From the IMG/VR virus record IMGVR_UViG_3300010348_001898, positions 1 to 64,000 of that record: a stretch of DNA of 64,000 bases; one strand, 5' to 3'. The notes under the pieces are model-generated. The model made no database searches. It was not told the origin of the DNA and saw only the letters and a list, made by a program, of their open reading frames with translations. This document shows, in pieces, positions 8,136-16,277 of the stretch. Each line of letters begins with the position of its first letter. Within the stretch, counting starts at the first letter, position 1. The DNA comes from an uncultured virus (IMG/VR IMGVR_UViG_3300010348_001898) (taxonomy: Duplodnaviria > Heunggongvirae > Uroviricota > Caudoviricetes). The position numbers and the translations under genes were made by a program.

Positions 8136-10346
8136 TTATTTACCAAACCAACTATTGTTATTGTTTCTTGATTTGTTTATATATTGTCTTCTAACTTTTA
8201 ATAATTGACTATAATCTACTGTTTCTGAGTATTCTAAGCTTCTTAAACACTCATTTACATATGTTTTGAAGTTTGAATCTTTATCCAATAAATCTTCACA
8301 CATTTCTTTGAAGTCATTCTTATTAAATACTGATGTAGCATTTACAATTGTCATAACACAGTCGTCATGTCCAACATCAGCAGCATATCTAGTATTACCA
8401 GATGTCGTTGTTTGTTTAACAAAAGTTGTAATTTCTCTAATCGTTTCTTCATTATTGATAGAAAATCCTTTAGAAATCATCAAATCTTGATAATCTTTAA
8501 CCATCATATTTTTATTATCCCCAACTTTTAGACCAACTTTTTCTTCGGTTGCATCAACTCGATGTTTATATCTAAAGAATATAGAAGAACCATAATCATT
8601 ATTCCCATCAAAAACATGTGGCATCTCTGCTAAAAGAGTATTACCATAGTTATTTAACTCTAAAACAATCTTTACATTTTCTGGATTTAAGTAATCATAA
8701 GCTAAAACATATAATAATTCAGCTAGCTGTTTAACTGATACTAAGTTACTTCTAAATAAACCAACTTGCTCTAACCTAAAGAAATCTGTTATTGACTTAT
8801 ATTTCATTTTTTGTTGCTCAATTAGATCAGTTGACTTTTTGACAAGCTTAAATATATTTATAATAGAGTAATCTTGTCCTAAACCTTCTGATATATCGAC
8901 TGAAAGTATAAATTTTTCATTTTTTCTATTGATAGGCATAAATAAATCATCATCATCTACCCATCTTAAATCTTTATAACTAAATCTTAATTTACTTTCA
9001 AACTCATGCATTTCTTCAAATACATAATTCTTTTTACTATTAAGTAAGTTTTCAATTATCGCTTCACTTAGTAATGATTTACTTGAGTTTATAAATCTCA
9101 AACCATATTCTTGGTTGAATGCATCTTCACCACCAATATCTTTAATAGCTTCTTCTTTCCAAGTTGTTAGCTCTGCAATAGCTCTAATTGGTGTTTCTAA
9201 TCCTTTTGAGTCTATGAATGATAAAGATTTTACATCTTCGTCAGTACATTGTTCATTGTTAAATACAGAAATTACATTTTTTTGTAAATCCATATTAAAT
9301 CCCATTTTTAATTTAGTTTTATCACCAAAGTAACCATTTACTAAATCATATATATGTTCTTTTGTTACGCCATATTCATATAATTTATGTTCATTTAATC
9401 TTATGTAAGTAACAAAACGACCAGGAACTTGATGCCAATAAACCCTCATTGGTTTATAGTTGTTTTTAAGTGGATCACCATCTGGTCTTTCTGCATCGGT
9501 TAGTAACTTATGAAATAAGTTCATACCGTTTGGTGTGGAAGTAATAATAATTTTTGAGTTTTGTACCGCTGATACTGTTGGAAAAGCAGCAGTATAGTAA
9601 GGTTCAATAATATTTGAAGGAATGTGAGCAAACTCATCAAGATAAAGTACGTCAATCGTAAAACCGATCGCAGGAGTTTTAGATCTTGCTGATGTTTTTA
9701 TTCTACAACCATTCTCAAATGTTAGTGATTTTTGATTCCAAGTTTTAATTCCTGGTTTTAAGAAGAAAGGTAAAAGTGTATAGATTGATTTAATTTTATC
9801 AACAATCTCAACTGCTGTATCACCTTTATTCGCCACAATCATTATATTTTTATCATTGTTAAATAAGATTGTATGCAACATGAATATTGCTGATGAGATA
9901 GTATTGTGTGATAAAATACCATTTGTGAAAAATCTATGATTTTGATGATCCACAGTTAAGTCAAACATAGAAGACTTAAAACTATCTCTATGTATAGAGA
10001 TCACTTCTTGTATACCATTTTCTGTTTGTATTAAGTTACCTATTGTTAAATTTTTGGTAAATATCTCATTGAATTTTTCATCAAATAGTATATGATTATC
10101 CGCACATGATAATTCAAAATCTTTGGTTTTCACTATATAATGTCTATATGGTTGTGTTATATGTATATTTGATACCTGTTCATAACCAGTATCAGTTTTA
10201 ACCTTCATGTCCATTGTGGACAGTGAATTTAATATCTTTTTAGATATATCATCCTCATTTAGTGATATATCTCTATATTCATATTTTTCTATTAAAAAAA
10301 TTAACTTCTTAATTGTAAATATTAAGAGTTTTTTAATATTAAACAT
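8136..10346 (-). CDS. terL: terminase large subunit, C-terminal part, preceded by the C-half of a split intein
   Basis: Intein ends ILSHN|T; extein has Walker B YLDEFAH, ITSTPNG, RNase H-like SVDISEG and GHDDCVM motifs of T4 gp17-like TerL. Confidence 0.92.
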   Translation of the reverse strand: MFNIKKLLIFTIKKLIFLIEKYEYRDISLNEDDISKKILNSLSTMDMKVKTDTGYEQVSNIHITQPYRHYIVKTKDFELSCADNHILFDEKFNEIFTKNLTIGNLIQTENGIQEVISIHRDSFKSSMFDLTVDHQNHRFFTNGILSHNTISSAIFMLHTILFNNDKNIMIVANKGDTAVEIVDKIKSIYTLLPFFLKPGIKTWNQKSLTFENGCRIKTSARSKTPAIGFTIDVLYLDEFAHIPSNIIEPYYTAAFPTVSAVQNSKIIITSTPNGMNLFHKLLTDAERPDGDPLKNNYKPMRVYWHQVPGRFVTYIRLNEHKLYEYGVTKEHIYDLVNGYFGDKTKLKMGFNMDLQKNVISVFNNEQCTDEDVKSLSFIDSKGLETPIRAIAELTTWKEEAIKDIGGEDAFNQEYGLRFINSSKSLLSEAIIENLLNSKKNYVFEEMHEFESKLRFSYKDLRWVDDDDLFMPINRKNEKFILSVDISEGLGQDYSIINIFKLVKKSTDLIEQQKMKYKSITDFFRLEQVGLFRSNLVSVKQLAELLYVLAYDYLNPENVKIVLELNNYGNTLLAEMPHVFDGNNDYGSSIFFRYKHRVDATEEKVGLKVGDNKNMMVKDYQDLMISKGFSINNEETIREITTFVKQTTTSGNTRYAADVGHDDCVMTIVNATSVFNKNDFKEMCEDLLDKDSNFKTYVNECLRSLEYSETVDYSQLLKVRRQYINKSRNNNNSWFGK
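9903..10346 (-). mobile_element. split intein C-fragment (148 aa)
   Basis: Block B LSCADNHIL, block F MFDLTV, block G FFTNGILSHN followed by Thr+1. Confidence 0.9.
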
Positions 10347-11310
10347 TTTTTAATTGTTTCTTTTTTAGTATAAAATTAACAGTTTTAAGAATTGTTAATT
10401 CTTTATTATTGATATATTCTTTTTCACTAATATGTAATACAGTGTAACCTGATTTTTTAATATTTTCATCTCTTCTTCTTTCTCTTTCTTTATTCTCTGT
10501 TGTATTTCTATGATAATAAGTCCCATCAAATTCTAAAATTAGTTCTAAGCTAGGAATGAAAAAGTCCGGTAATATATATGATTTATTCAGTTTTAGTCTA
10601 TATTCGTAGTTTTTTTTGCTATCATGTATATTATTATCATTATCAAGTTTCGCAAAATATACCTTATCCGTAAACCCAATATTTAATAGTTCTTTATAAA
10701 TGTTAATAAACAATTCTTGACTTATTTTGCTGTAGTTTACCTTTTGGTAATTATTTAACCATTTTTCTTGTCTATCCATCCATCTTTTGTATCCATCAAC
10801 TTCACCATATTTTTTAATACATTTCTCAAGAGTAAATGTTGATTGTCTTTCGCTAAGCATTTTCTTAGAAGTTTCTTCATCAAATCCTTTATCTAGATAA
10901 TATTTTAATGTTGTATTAGAAACCCTATCTTTAATTATATCTTTTACAAAAGAACTTATATGTTCTTTTGTATTTTCAATTTCTTTATAATTAATAAAAT
11001 CTTTAGAAAAGGGACTTCTACTTTTTCTTTCTATTTCAGTAGTGTTATTTTTATGATTAGGATTTTTTTCTCCTTTTATCTTTTCTGAAAACAAGTTCTT
11101 GTATTTTTCTGTTTTCATATGTTTTCCTGAATTTTTAGCAGTTTTTTCTTTATCTGATGATGTCATTATTGGTGCATTTGGATATAGTTTTTTATATTCA
11201 TCTGTTGTCATATTATTGTGACTAAATTTTAGATGTCTGCCATAAATTCTTTTACATTGCTCACCACATATCCTACAAGTTATACTATCAGTTGTATCTT
11301 TTATTTCCAT
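10339..11310 (-). CDS. free-standing homing endonuclease (Vsr/DUF559-like) between the split-intein halves
   Basis: N-terminal CxxC...H...H zinc finger, GEKNP motif, C-terminal PDFF...LEFDGTYYH...GYTVLHISE. Confidence 0.85.
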   Translation of the reverse strand: MEIKDTTDSITCRICGEQCKRIYGRHLKFSHNNMTTDEYKKLYPNAPIMTSSDKEKTAKNSGKHMKTEKYKNLFSEKIKGEKNPNHKNNTTEIERKSRSPFSKDFINYKEIENTKEHISSFVKDIIKDRVSNTTLKYYLDKGFDEETSKKMLSERQSTFTLEKCIKKYGEVDGYKRWMDRQEKWLNNYQKVNYSKISQELFINIYKELLNIGFTDKVYFAKLDNDNNIHDSKKNYEYRLKLNKSYILPDFFIPSLELILEFDGTYYHRNTTENKERERRRDENIKKSGYTVLHISEKEYINNKELTILKTVNFILKKKQLKNV

Positions 11311-11339
11311 AATTTATTTTTTATTTATATATTAAATAT

Positions 11340-11879
11340 TTATGGCTTCCTTTCAGGTTGGTTAATGTTTTCTAAATAAAATAAAATATCATATAACTTT
11401 ATTTTGACTTTTTCTAATAAAGAAAGTTTTCTTTCTTGTTTTAATATATAATAATATAGTTTACCTACTCTGAAATCAATTTGAATTCCATTTTTTTCTA
11501 TACTACATATTGAATTAAATGAAAAACATTTTCCAACTTGCCTACTCGCCATTAAGATATTAAATCTATTTTTTACAAAGTTTTCTAGTATTTCTTCTTG
11601 ATAATCTCTTAGTTGTATATGATCAATTGAACCATCTTCTGTTTTTACCTTACAGTACTTTTCTGTGAAGTAATCTACGTTTAAGGCACATTTTATATAT
11701 TCTTCTTGTTCTTCTGGTGACATTCTAAAAGAAACACCAGCTCTTCTCAAACCTACTTCGGACTTTAACCAAGGGTTCTGAAACCTCTTAATAACTATAC
11801 CGTCATTGATCTTATCGGTTGCTTCATCAACAAGTCTAGTAGTAAAGACCATTTGTCTTTCTTGTTCTTGTTTAGCCAT
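11340..11879 (-). CDS. terL: terminase large subunit, N-terminal part, fused to the N-half of a split intein
   Basis: EYIKCA..YFTEKY, LRDYQ adenine-binding motif, Walker A ASRQVGK immediately followed by intein Cys1 (CFSFNS); likely start MAKQEQER at 11879. Confidence 0.92.
   Translation of the reverse strand: MAKQEQERQMVFTTRLVDEATDKINDGIVIKRFQNPWLKSEVGLRRAGVSFRMSPEEQEEYIKCALNVDYFTEKYCKVKTEDGSIDHIQLRDYQEEILENFVKNRFNILMASRQVGKCFSFNSICSIEKNGIQIDFRVGKLYYYILKQERKLSLLEKVKIKLYDILFYLENINQPERKP
11343..11528 (-). mobile_element. split intein N-fragment (62 aa)
   Basis: Begins CFSFNSICSI (block A) right after the Walker A Lys; no block B before the stop. Confidence 0.85.
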
Positions 11880-11948
11880 AGGAGTATTTATTTTTTTATA
11901 TATATTGTAAAAAACCATCTACATATGTCAAAACAAGAACAAGAAAGA
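11856..11948. repeat. 18-bp perfect inverted repeat flanking the terL/terS intergenic region
   Basis: TCTTTCTTGTTCTTGTTT (11856-11873) and AAACAAGAACAAGAAAGA (11931-11948). Confidence 0.9.
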
Positions 11949-12548
11949 ATTAGATTACAAGATGAGTTCGATCAAATACAATCAGAAAACTCTGAATTTG
12001 ATATATCAAAGCACTTAGCAAGACCTGAGGATTTACCTGATTTAGGTGAAATTGAGCTTTATGATTACGATGCTGATTTAACTGTTTCGATGCAACAATC
12101 AATGGGTGTATTGGAGTCGTTAGTTGATTTATATTTAAGTGATATACCTAAACTTAAAGATCACAATTATATAAAAAATAAAATGCGTGAAGATGCTACT
12201 GTTTATGCAGAAGCGCTTTTTTTAGCTAAAATGACTAGAAAAAACTTTTTATCACAATTAAAACAAGTTGATAATGGTGATAATGCTGCTAGAATGCACG
12301 AGGTTGTCAATCAAACAATTGGTCAGATTAGAGAGAATAGTAAATTCCTTTTAACACAAAGAACTGAACTTGAAAAGTTTTATAAGACTTTAAGAAAAGA
12401 CTTAGGTTATAATGAAATTGAGAATCCAGAAGTTAAGAAAGCAGAAGAACAACAAAATTCAGAAGAAAGTAATGATGGAATGGTTATGGATAATAGAAAG
12501 CTTAATGATTTAATTAAGAACGCTATGGTTAAAAAAGACGAGAAATAA
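11925..12548 (+). CDS. terS: putative terminase small subunit (T4 gp16-like)
   Basis: AARMHEVVNQTIGQI resembles the gp16-family PRAYEV helix; divergent from terL; start MSKQEQER. Confidence 0.6.
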   Translation: MSKQEQERIRLQDEFDQIQSENSEFDISKHLARPEDLPDLGEIELYDYDADLTVSMQQSMGVLESLVDLYLSDIPKLKDHNYIKNKMREDATVYAEALFLAKMTRKNFLSQLKQVDNGDNAARMHEVVNQTIGQIRENSKFLLTQRTELEKFYKTLRKDLGYNEIENPEVKKAEEQQNSEESNDGMVMDNRKLNDLIKNAMVKKDEK

Positions 12549-12549
12549 T

Positions 12550-12660
12550 ATGCCACTACCGCATTATCCCAATCCACAGGGATTTAATTGGAGTCCTAAG
12601 TTCAAGAAAATACTTAGAATTAAGAAGATTAAGAGAATTATAGAGAAACTTGAAAAATAA
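12550..12660 (+). CDS. 36-aa peptide with a tail-tube-like N-terminus and basic C-terminal tag
   Basis: Manual ORF MPLPHYPNPQGFNWSPKFKKILRIKKIKRIIEKLEK*, starts 1 nt after the terS stop. Confidence 0.55.
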   Translation: MPLPHYPNPQGFNWSPKFKKILRIKKIKRIIEKLEK

Positions 12661-12776
12661 TATTTATGTCAATTAATTTATAGTTTATCAAATTGTCACT
12701 TATTATATTTTCAGAGTCCATATCTATATTTATTCTGTTTGTTCTGGATTGATATCCTACTGTATTGGAAGGAGTT

Positions 12777-13097
12777 TCACAAAAAAATATCAAGTATAGT
12801 ATATTCATTATTCATGAATGATATAAATGGTATAAAGTTATCTCTTATATCAAACCAGTCAAATACTTCAGTTCTGCCTGAAAATATACTTTTATTACCT
12901 TTAGTTATTTTTAACTTATAGATATTGCTAGTAATGTTATTTATTGATTTAGCCTTTATCTTAGCTTCTGATGTTCCCCAGCTATTAACATCTATGTTAA
13001 AATCTTCGTCTATTAAGCTAGCGAGTAAATCACTAAATAATGATTGAAGATCTTTTTCAGTTTCTGTATTTTCGTTAAAATTTCTTAAATAAATCAT
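12777..13097 (-). CDS. hypothetical protein with capsid-targeting-like leader, possibly frameshifted near its 3' end
   Basis: Likely start MIYLRNFNE; resembles 15110..15610; an alternative frame continues to 12638. Confidence 0.6.
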   Translation of the reverse strand: MIYLRNFNENTETEKDLQSLFSDLLASLIDEDFNIDVNSWGTSEAKIKAKSINNITSNIYKLKITKGNKSIFSGRTEVFDWFDIRDNFIPFISFMNNEYTILDIFL

Positions 13098-13935
13098 AAT
13101 GGAAGCTTTCAAATTTTCTAACAATATTTCTCCATTGAAGTTCAACTTTAGAATCAATGAATATGTTTGCTTTATTGAATGTTACTTGTTTTATAATAAT
13201 TTCACACTCTTTATCTTTTATTGTGGTTCTTATTTGTTCTTTAAGTGCTTCTTCGGTATTATTTACTAAGAAGTGAAGAGTATCGTTTGCATTCATTAGC
13301 ATTTTAACTGTATTAGCATCATCTTCATATAAAGTAACTCCGTCATATCTTTCTACTTCTTCATTAATAAACTTATTATCTTCTATCTTTAGACCAATTA
13401 AAAACTGAAGAAGTAATTTTGTTTTAGCATTTACAATCTCTGCTTTATCTTTATTATAGAATGTTTCAGAAATAAAGAAATATTTCTTTATAGAAAGACC
13501 AAGTTCTTTTATCTTATCTTCAAGTTTTTCAATTATTGGTTCATAAGCTTTTTTACTATTCTTTGAACAAATAATAAAAATATCATCTTGTGTATTTTTT
13601 AAGTGTCTAATATTTTCAATATGTATTTGATAGTCACCTTTTTCTATTATTTCTGGATTCATAAACTCTTGCATAGAAAATGCTAAATCCGCAATATTAG
13701 CTTTTTTATTTTTACAAGATACCTTTAGATTATTATAAATTTCTTCACTAATCCAGTAATCGTTACCTGATAATTTAATCTTAATATTAAAGTTTTTATA
13801 AACACCTTTCTTAATTAAATTAAACTCATGTTTTGAGATTCTTAATAATGGCGTATTTGGATTAGTATTTTCTACAATCCAAACTTTACTATTTATTGTA
13901 ATTAAAGTATTTAAGTCAAAAAAGTGAGCATTCAT
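13075..13935 (-). CDS. degenerate HAD-like protein
   Basis: HFFDLNTL (DxD changed to DxN), IICSK, LYEDD. Confidence 0.6.
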   Translation of the reverse strand: MNAHFFDLNTLITINSKVWIVENTNPNTPLLRISKHEFNLIKKGVYKNFNIKIKLSGNDYWISEEIYNNLKVSCKNKKANIADLAFSMQEFMNPEIIEKGDYQIHIENIRHLKNTQDDIFIICSKNSKKAYEPIIEKLEDKIKELGLSIKKYFFISETFYNKDKAEIVNAKTKLLLQFLIGLKIEDNKFINEEVERYDGVTLYEDDANTVKMLMNANDTLHFLVNNTEEALKEQIRTTIKDKECEIIIKQVTFNKANIFIDSKVELQWRNIVRKFESFHYDLFKKF

Positions 13936-13936
13936 T

Positions 13937-14152
13937 TTAATACCATTTTTTTATTTTATATGAGAACATTACTGGAGAACCTTGATATGAGTCTTCATTT
14001 TCATATTTTTTATCTGTCCAAGTAACTTGTGGAGCATCTCTAAAGCATTTAGGACACATTTTGGGTGGTAATCCATCAACCATATTTTCTTCTTTATATA
14101 CAAATGTTGCTTTACACCATACATTAGTACAAACTGATTTTAATTCTTCCAT
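13937..14152 (-). CDS. small zinc-ribbon protein
   Basis: CTNVWC...CPKC; likely start MEELKSVC. Confidence 0.65.
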   Translation of the reverse strand: MEELKSVCTNVWCKATFVYKEENMVDGLPPKMCPKCFRDAPQVTWTDKKYENEDSYQGSPVMFSYKIKKWY

Positions 14153-14167
14153 ATAGTATATATAAAA

Positions 14168-14196
14168 AAATAAAACCACTTAGTGTGGTTTTATTT
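14168..14196. terminator. intrinsic terminator
   Basis: AAATAAAACCAC-TTAGT-GTGGTTTTATTT hairpin. Confidence 0.7.
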
Positions 14197-14201
14197 TATT
14201 T

Positions 14202-14657
14202 TTATCTTACTAAATTTTTACTAAGTGCAAACTCATATAGTGTTGGTAAATTTAGATATTCTAAAAAGTATTTTCTTATATCATCTAAGTTTTTAGCTCT
14301 TTTTATAATATTTACTATTAAGAAACCAAATTCTTCTTGAAAATCTAAGTAACAGTCACACCAAGGTGTGTTATAATGTTCTAAAGACTTCCATTCAGCA
14401 TCACCACCTGTTAGCCAGTATAAGCTTTTTTCTGGTGTTATGCTATCAATATCAATTTCTCTTAACTCTATATTCCAAATTGGATTTGTTTTATCATATT
14501 TTCTTATTAAAATAGAAACCGCTTCTGCTAAATCTGTTGTTAATTCCTTACCAATTTCAAAGAACCATTCGTTTCCCTCCCTACTAATTTTTATTTTATT
14601 ATCATTATAAATTACTTTAGTTCCGATTCTTTCTAGTAAAGTTTTTTTCTTTCTCAT
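14202..14657 (-). CDS. hypothetical protein
   Basis: 151-aa ORF with typical codon usage. Confidence 0.7.
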   Translation of the reverse strand: MRKKKTLLERIGTKVIYNDNKIKISREGNEWFFEIGKELTTDLAEAVSILIRKYDKTNPIWNIELREIDIDSITPEKSLYWLTGGDAEWKSLEHYNTPWCDCYLDFQEEFGFLIVNIIKRAKNLDDIRKYFLEYLNLPTLYEFALSKNLVR

Positions 14658-14677
14658 TGTTCTTTGATTATTTTTAT

Positions 14678-14968
14678 TTAGATTGGTTTATTCAAACCGC
14701 TCTTCCATTTCCCCTTGAAGGTTCCATTTTCCCAAATACCATTTTCCCAGTTTCCATAGAACCCACCGTTCTTAAATATACCGTAATGCCAATTACCATA
14801 CTTAAATATTCCTTCGTGCCAAATTAATGTGTTATGTTTGATTTCTATAATAGCTGACTCTATTTCTGAGTCGATTAACCAGAATAGTTTATTATCTTTC
14901 AAAACTTTTAAGATTTCAGATTTAGTAGTTAAAGACTTATTGTTATACTTTAATTCTTTTATTCCCAT
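14678..14968 (-). CDS. hypothetical protein with Gx(W/F)xx pentapeptide repeats
   Basis: GIFKY GNWHY GIFKN GGFY GNWEN GIWEN GTFK GKWKS. Confidence 0.75.
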   Translation of the reverse strand: MGIKELKYNNKSLTTKSEILKVLKDNKLFWLIDSEIESAIIEIKHNTLIWHEGIFKYGNWHYGIFKNGGFYGNWENGIWENGTFKGKWKSGLNKPI

Positions 14969-15083
14969 TTTGTAATTTATTTTACAGTTATATATATTTT
15001 TTAGCTTTGTATAATAATTTTAAGTATCTTAAAAAATTAAGTAAAAAAACGGATTTTTTATGTTAAATTTTTTCAAAAAAAAT

Positions 15084-15110
15084 AAAAACTGAGTTTAATG
15101 CTCGGTTTTT
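15084..15110. terminator. intrinsic terminator
   Basis: AAAAACTGAG-N7-CTCGGTTTTT directly after the stop of 15110..15610. Confidence 0.65.
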
Positions 15111-15610
15111 TACATAATTTTTATTATAAAGTAAATGCTATCAACTTTTTTACTATCTTTTAACTCTTCAAAATCTTCTAATTTTATTTTAGTTATTTCT
15201 TTATCTTCTGTAAATTTAATTAGATGCTCAACATCATCATAAGTTTTCTCAATTAACTGTATAATTAAACTTATAAAGTCTTTTACTTCGGATATTTTTA
15301 TTGATTCACCATCTTGTCTTGTAATTTTAACTTTATAAATAGTTTTATATTTACCTCTATTGATATCCTCTTCATCTTTATAAACATCACTTTCATTAAA
15401 AATAACATTTATGTTATAAACATCATCATCTGATTTATATCTAACATTATTTTTGATAAGTTTAGACATTTCTAAATCTGGGAAATCATCTGATAATTGA
15501 GGTTTTAACTCTAAAAGTAAATTAGCTAGATCTAGAACATCTTGAGTATCAAGATCTTGATCTTCCTTAATTTTACCGGAGAATTTCTCGAATGCTTTTA
15601 TAATTTTCAT
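15110..15610 (-). CDS. hypothetical protein with capsid-targeting-like leader
   Basis: Starts MKIIKAFEKF. Confidence 0.75.
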   Translation of the reverse strand: MKIIKAFEKFSGKIKEDQDLDTQDVLDLANLLLELKPQLSDDFPDLEMSKLIKNNVRYKSDDDVYNINVIFNESDVYKDEEDINRGKYKTIYKVKITRQDGESIKISEVKDFISLIIQLIEKTYDDVEHLIKFTEDKEITKIKLEDFEELKDSKKVDSIYFIIKIM

Positions 15611-15638
15611 ATAGTATATATAAAAAAAGCAGAGTTAA

Positions 15639-16184
15639 TTACTCTGCTAATTTATCTAAAAATTCTTTTTCTTCTTTTGTTAGTGAATTAATACCACTCT
15701 CATTTATTTTATCTAATATACTATCTAAATCTAAAGTATCTAAAGTTTGCGTCTCACTTTGTATTTTATTTTGAAAATTATTTTTCATATAAAAAGTGTC
15801 ATTCTCTACTACTATATTATTTTCTATGAATCTATCTAGGCTTTCCAATCTTATTGTAGGAAATCCATTAACAAATCTTAAGTATTTAGCACAAGTTAAA
15901 AGATCTTTTTTAATCTTTTTTGGTTTTACTGGTTCCATCTTTGTAAGCATTTTTAGTTCTTTGGAGGTATAACCTTTTACTCCATTACCTTGTACAAGTA
16001 TAATGTCTTTGTTTCCGTAAAATAACACTCTTCCGGTTTTAGTCTCTACCCATAAATAATCAGTAACATCTTTCATCCCATAAAGAATGCCAAAATCTAA
16101 ACCATATTCAAGTGATATTGAAAATAGTTGTAAATCATTTACACGAAAACTAATACATATAATGTCTTTTGCGTTATAAGCCAT
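15639..16184 (-). CDS. hypothetical protein with C-terminal DUF6576-like module
   Basis: C-terminus LDSILDKINESGINSLTKEEKEFL. Confidence 0.75.
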   Translation of the reverse strand: MAYNAKDIICISFRVNDLQLFSISLEYGLDFGILYGMKDVTDYLWVETKTGRVLFYGNKDIILVQGNGVKGYTSKELKMLTKMEPVKPKKIKKDLLTCAKYLRFVNGFPTIRLESLDRFIENNIVVENDTFYMKNNFQNKIQSETQTLDTLDLDSILDKINESGINSLTKEEKEFLDKLAE

Positions 16185-16277
16185 AATTCTATTTTTTGTA
16201 AAAGTAGTATATTTTTCTTAATTGTACAAAAATGATAATCATTATTTTTATATATATACTAAAAATTTTTTTTAATA

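Noticed and set aside
10339..11340. Group I intron as the cause of the terL interruption
   Set aside because: Both flanks carry intein motifs, the gaps are only about 30 nt with no room for a ribozyme core, and the downstream half has its own coupled start codon
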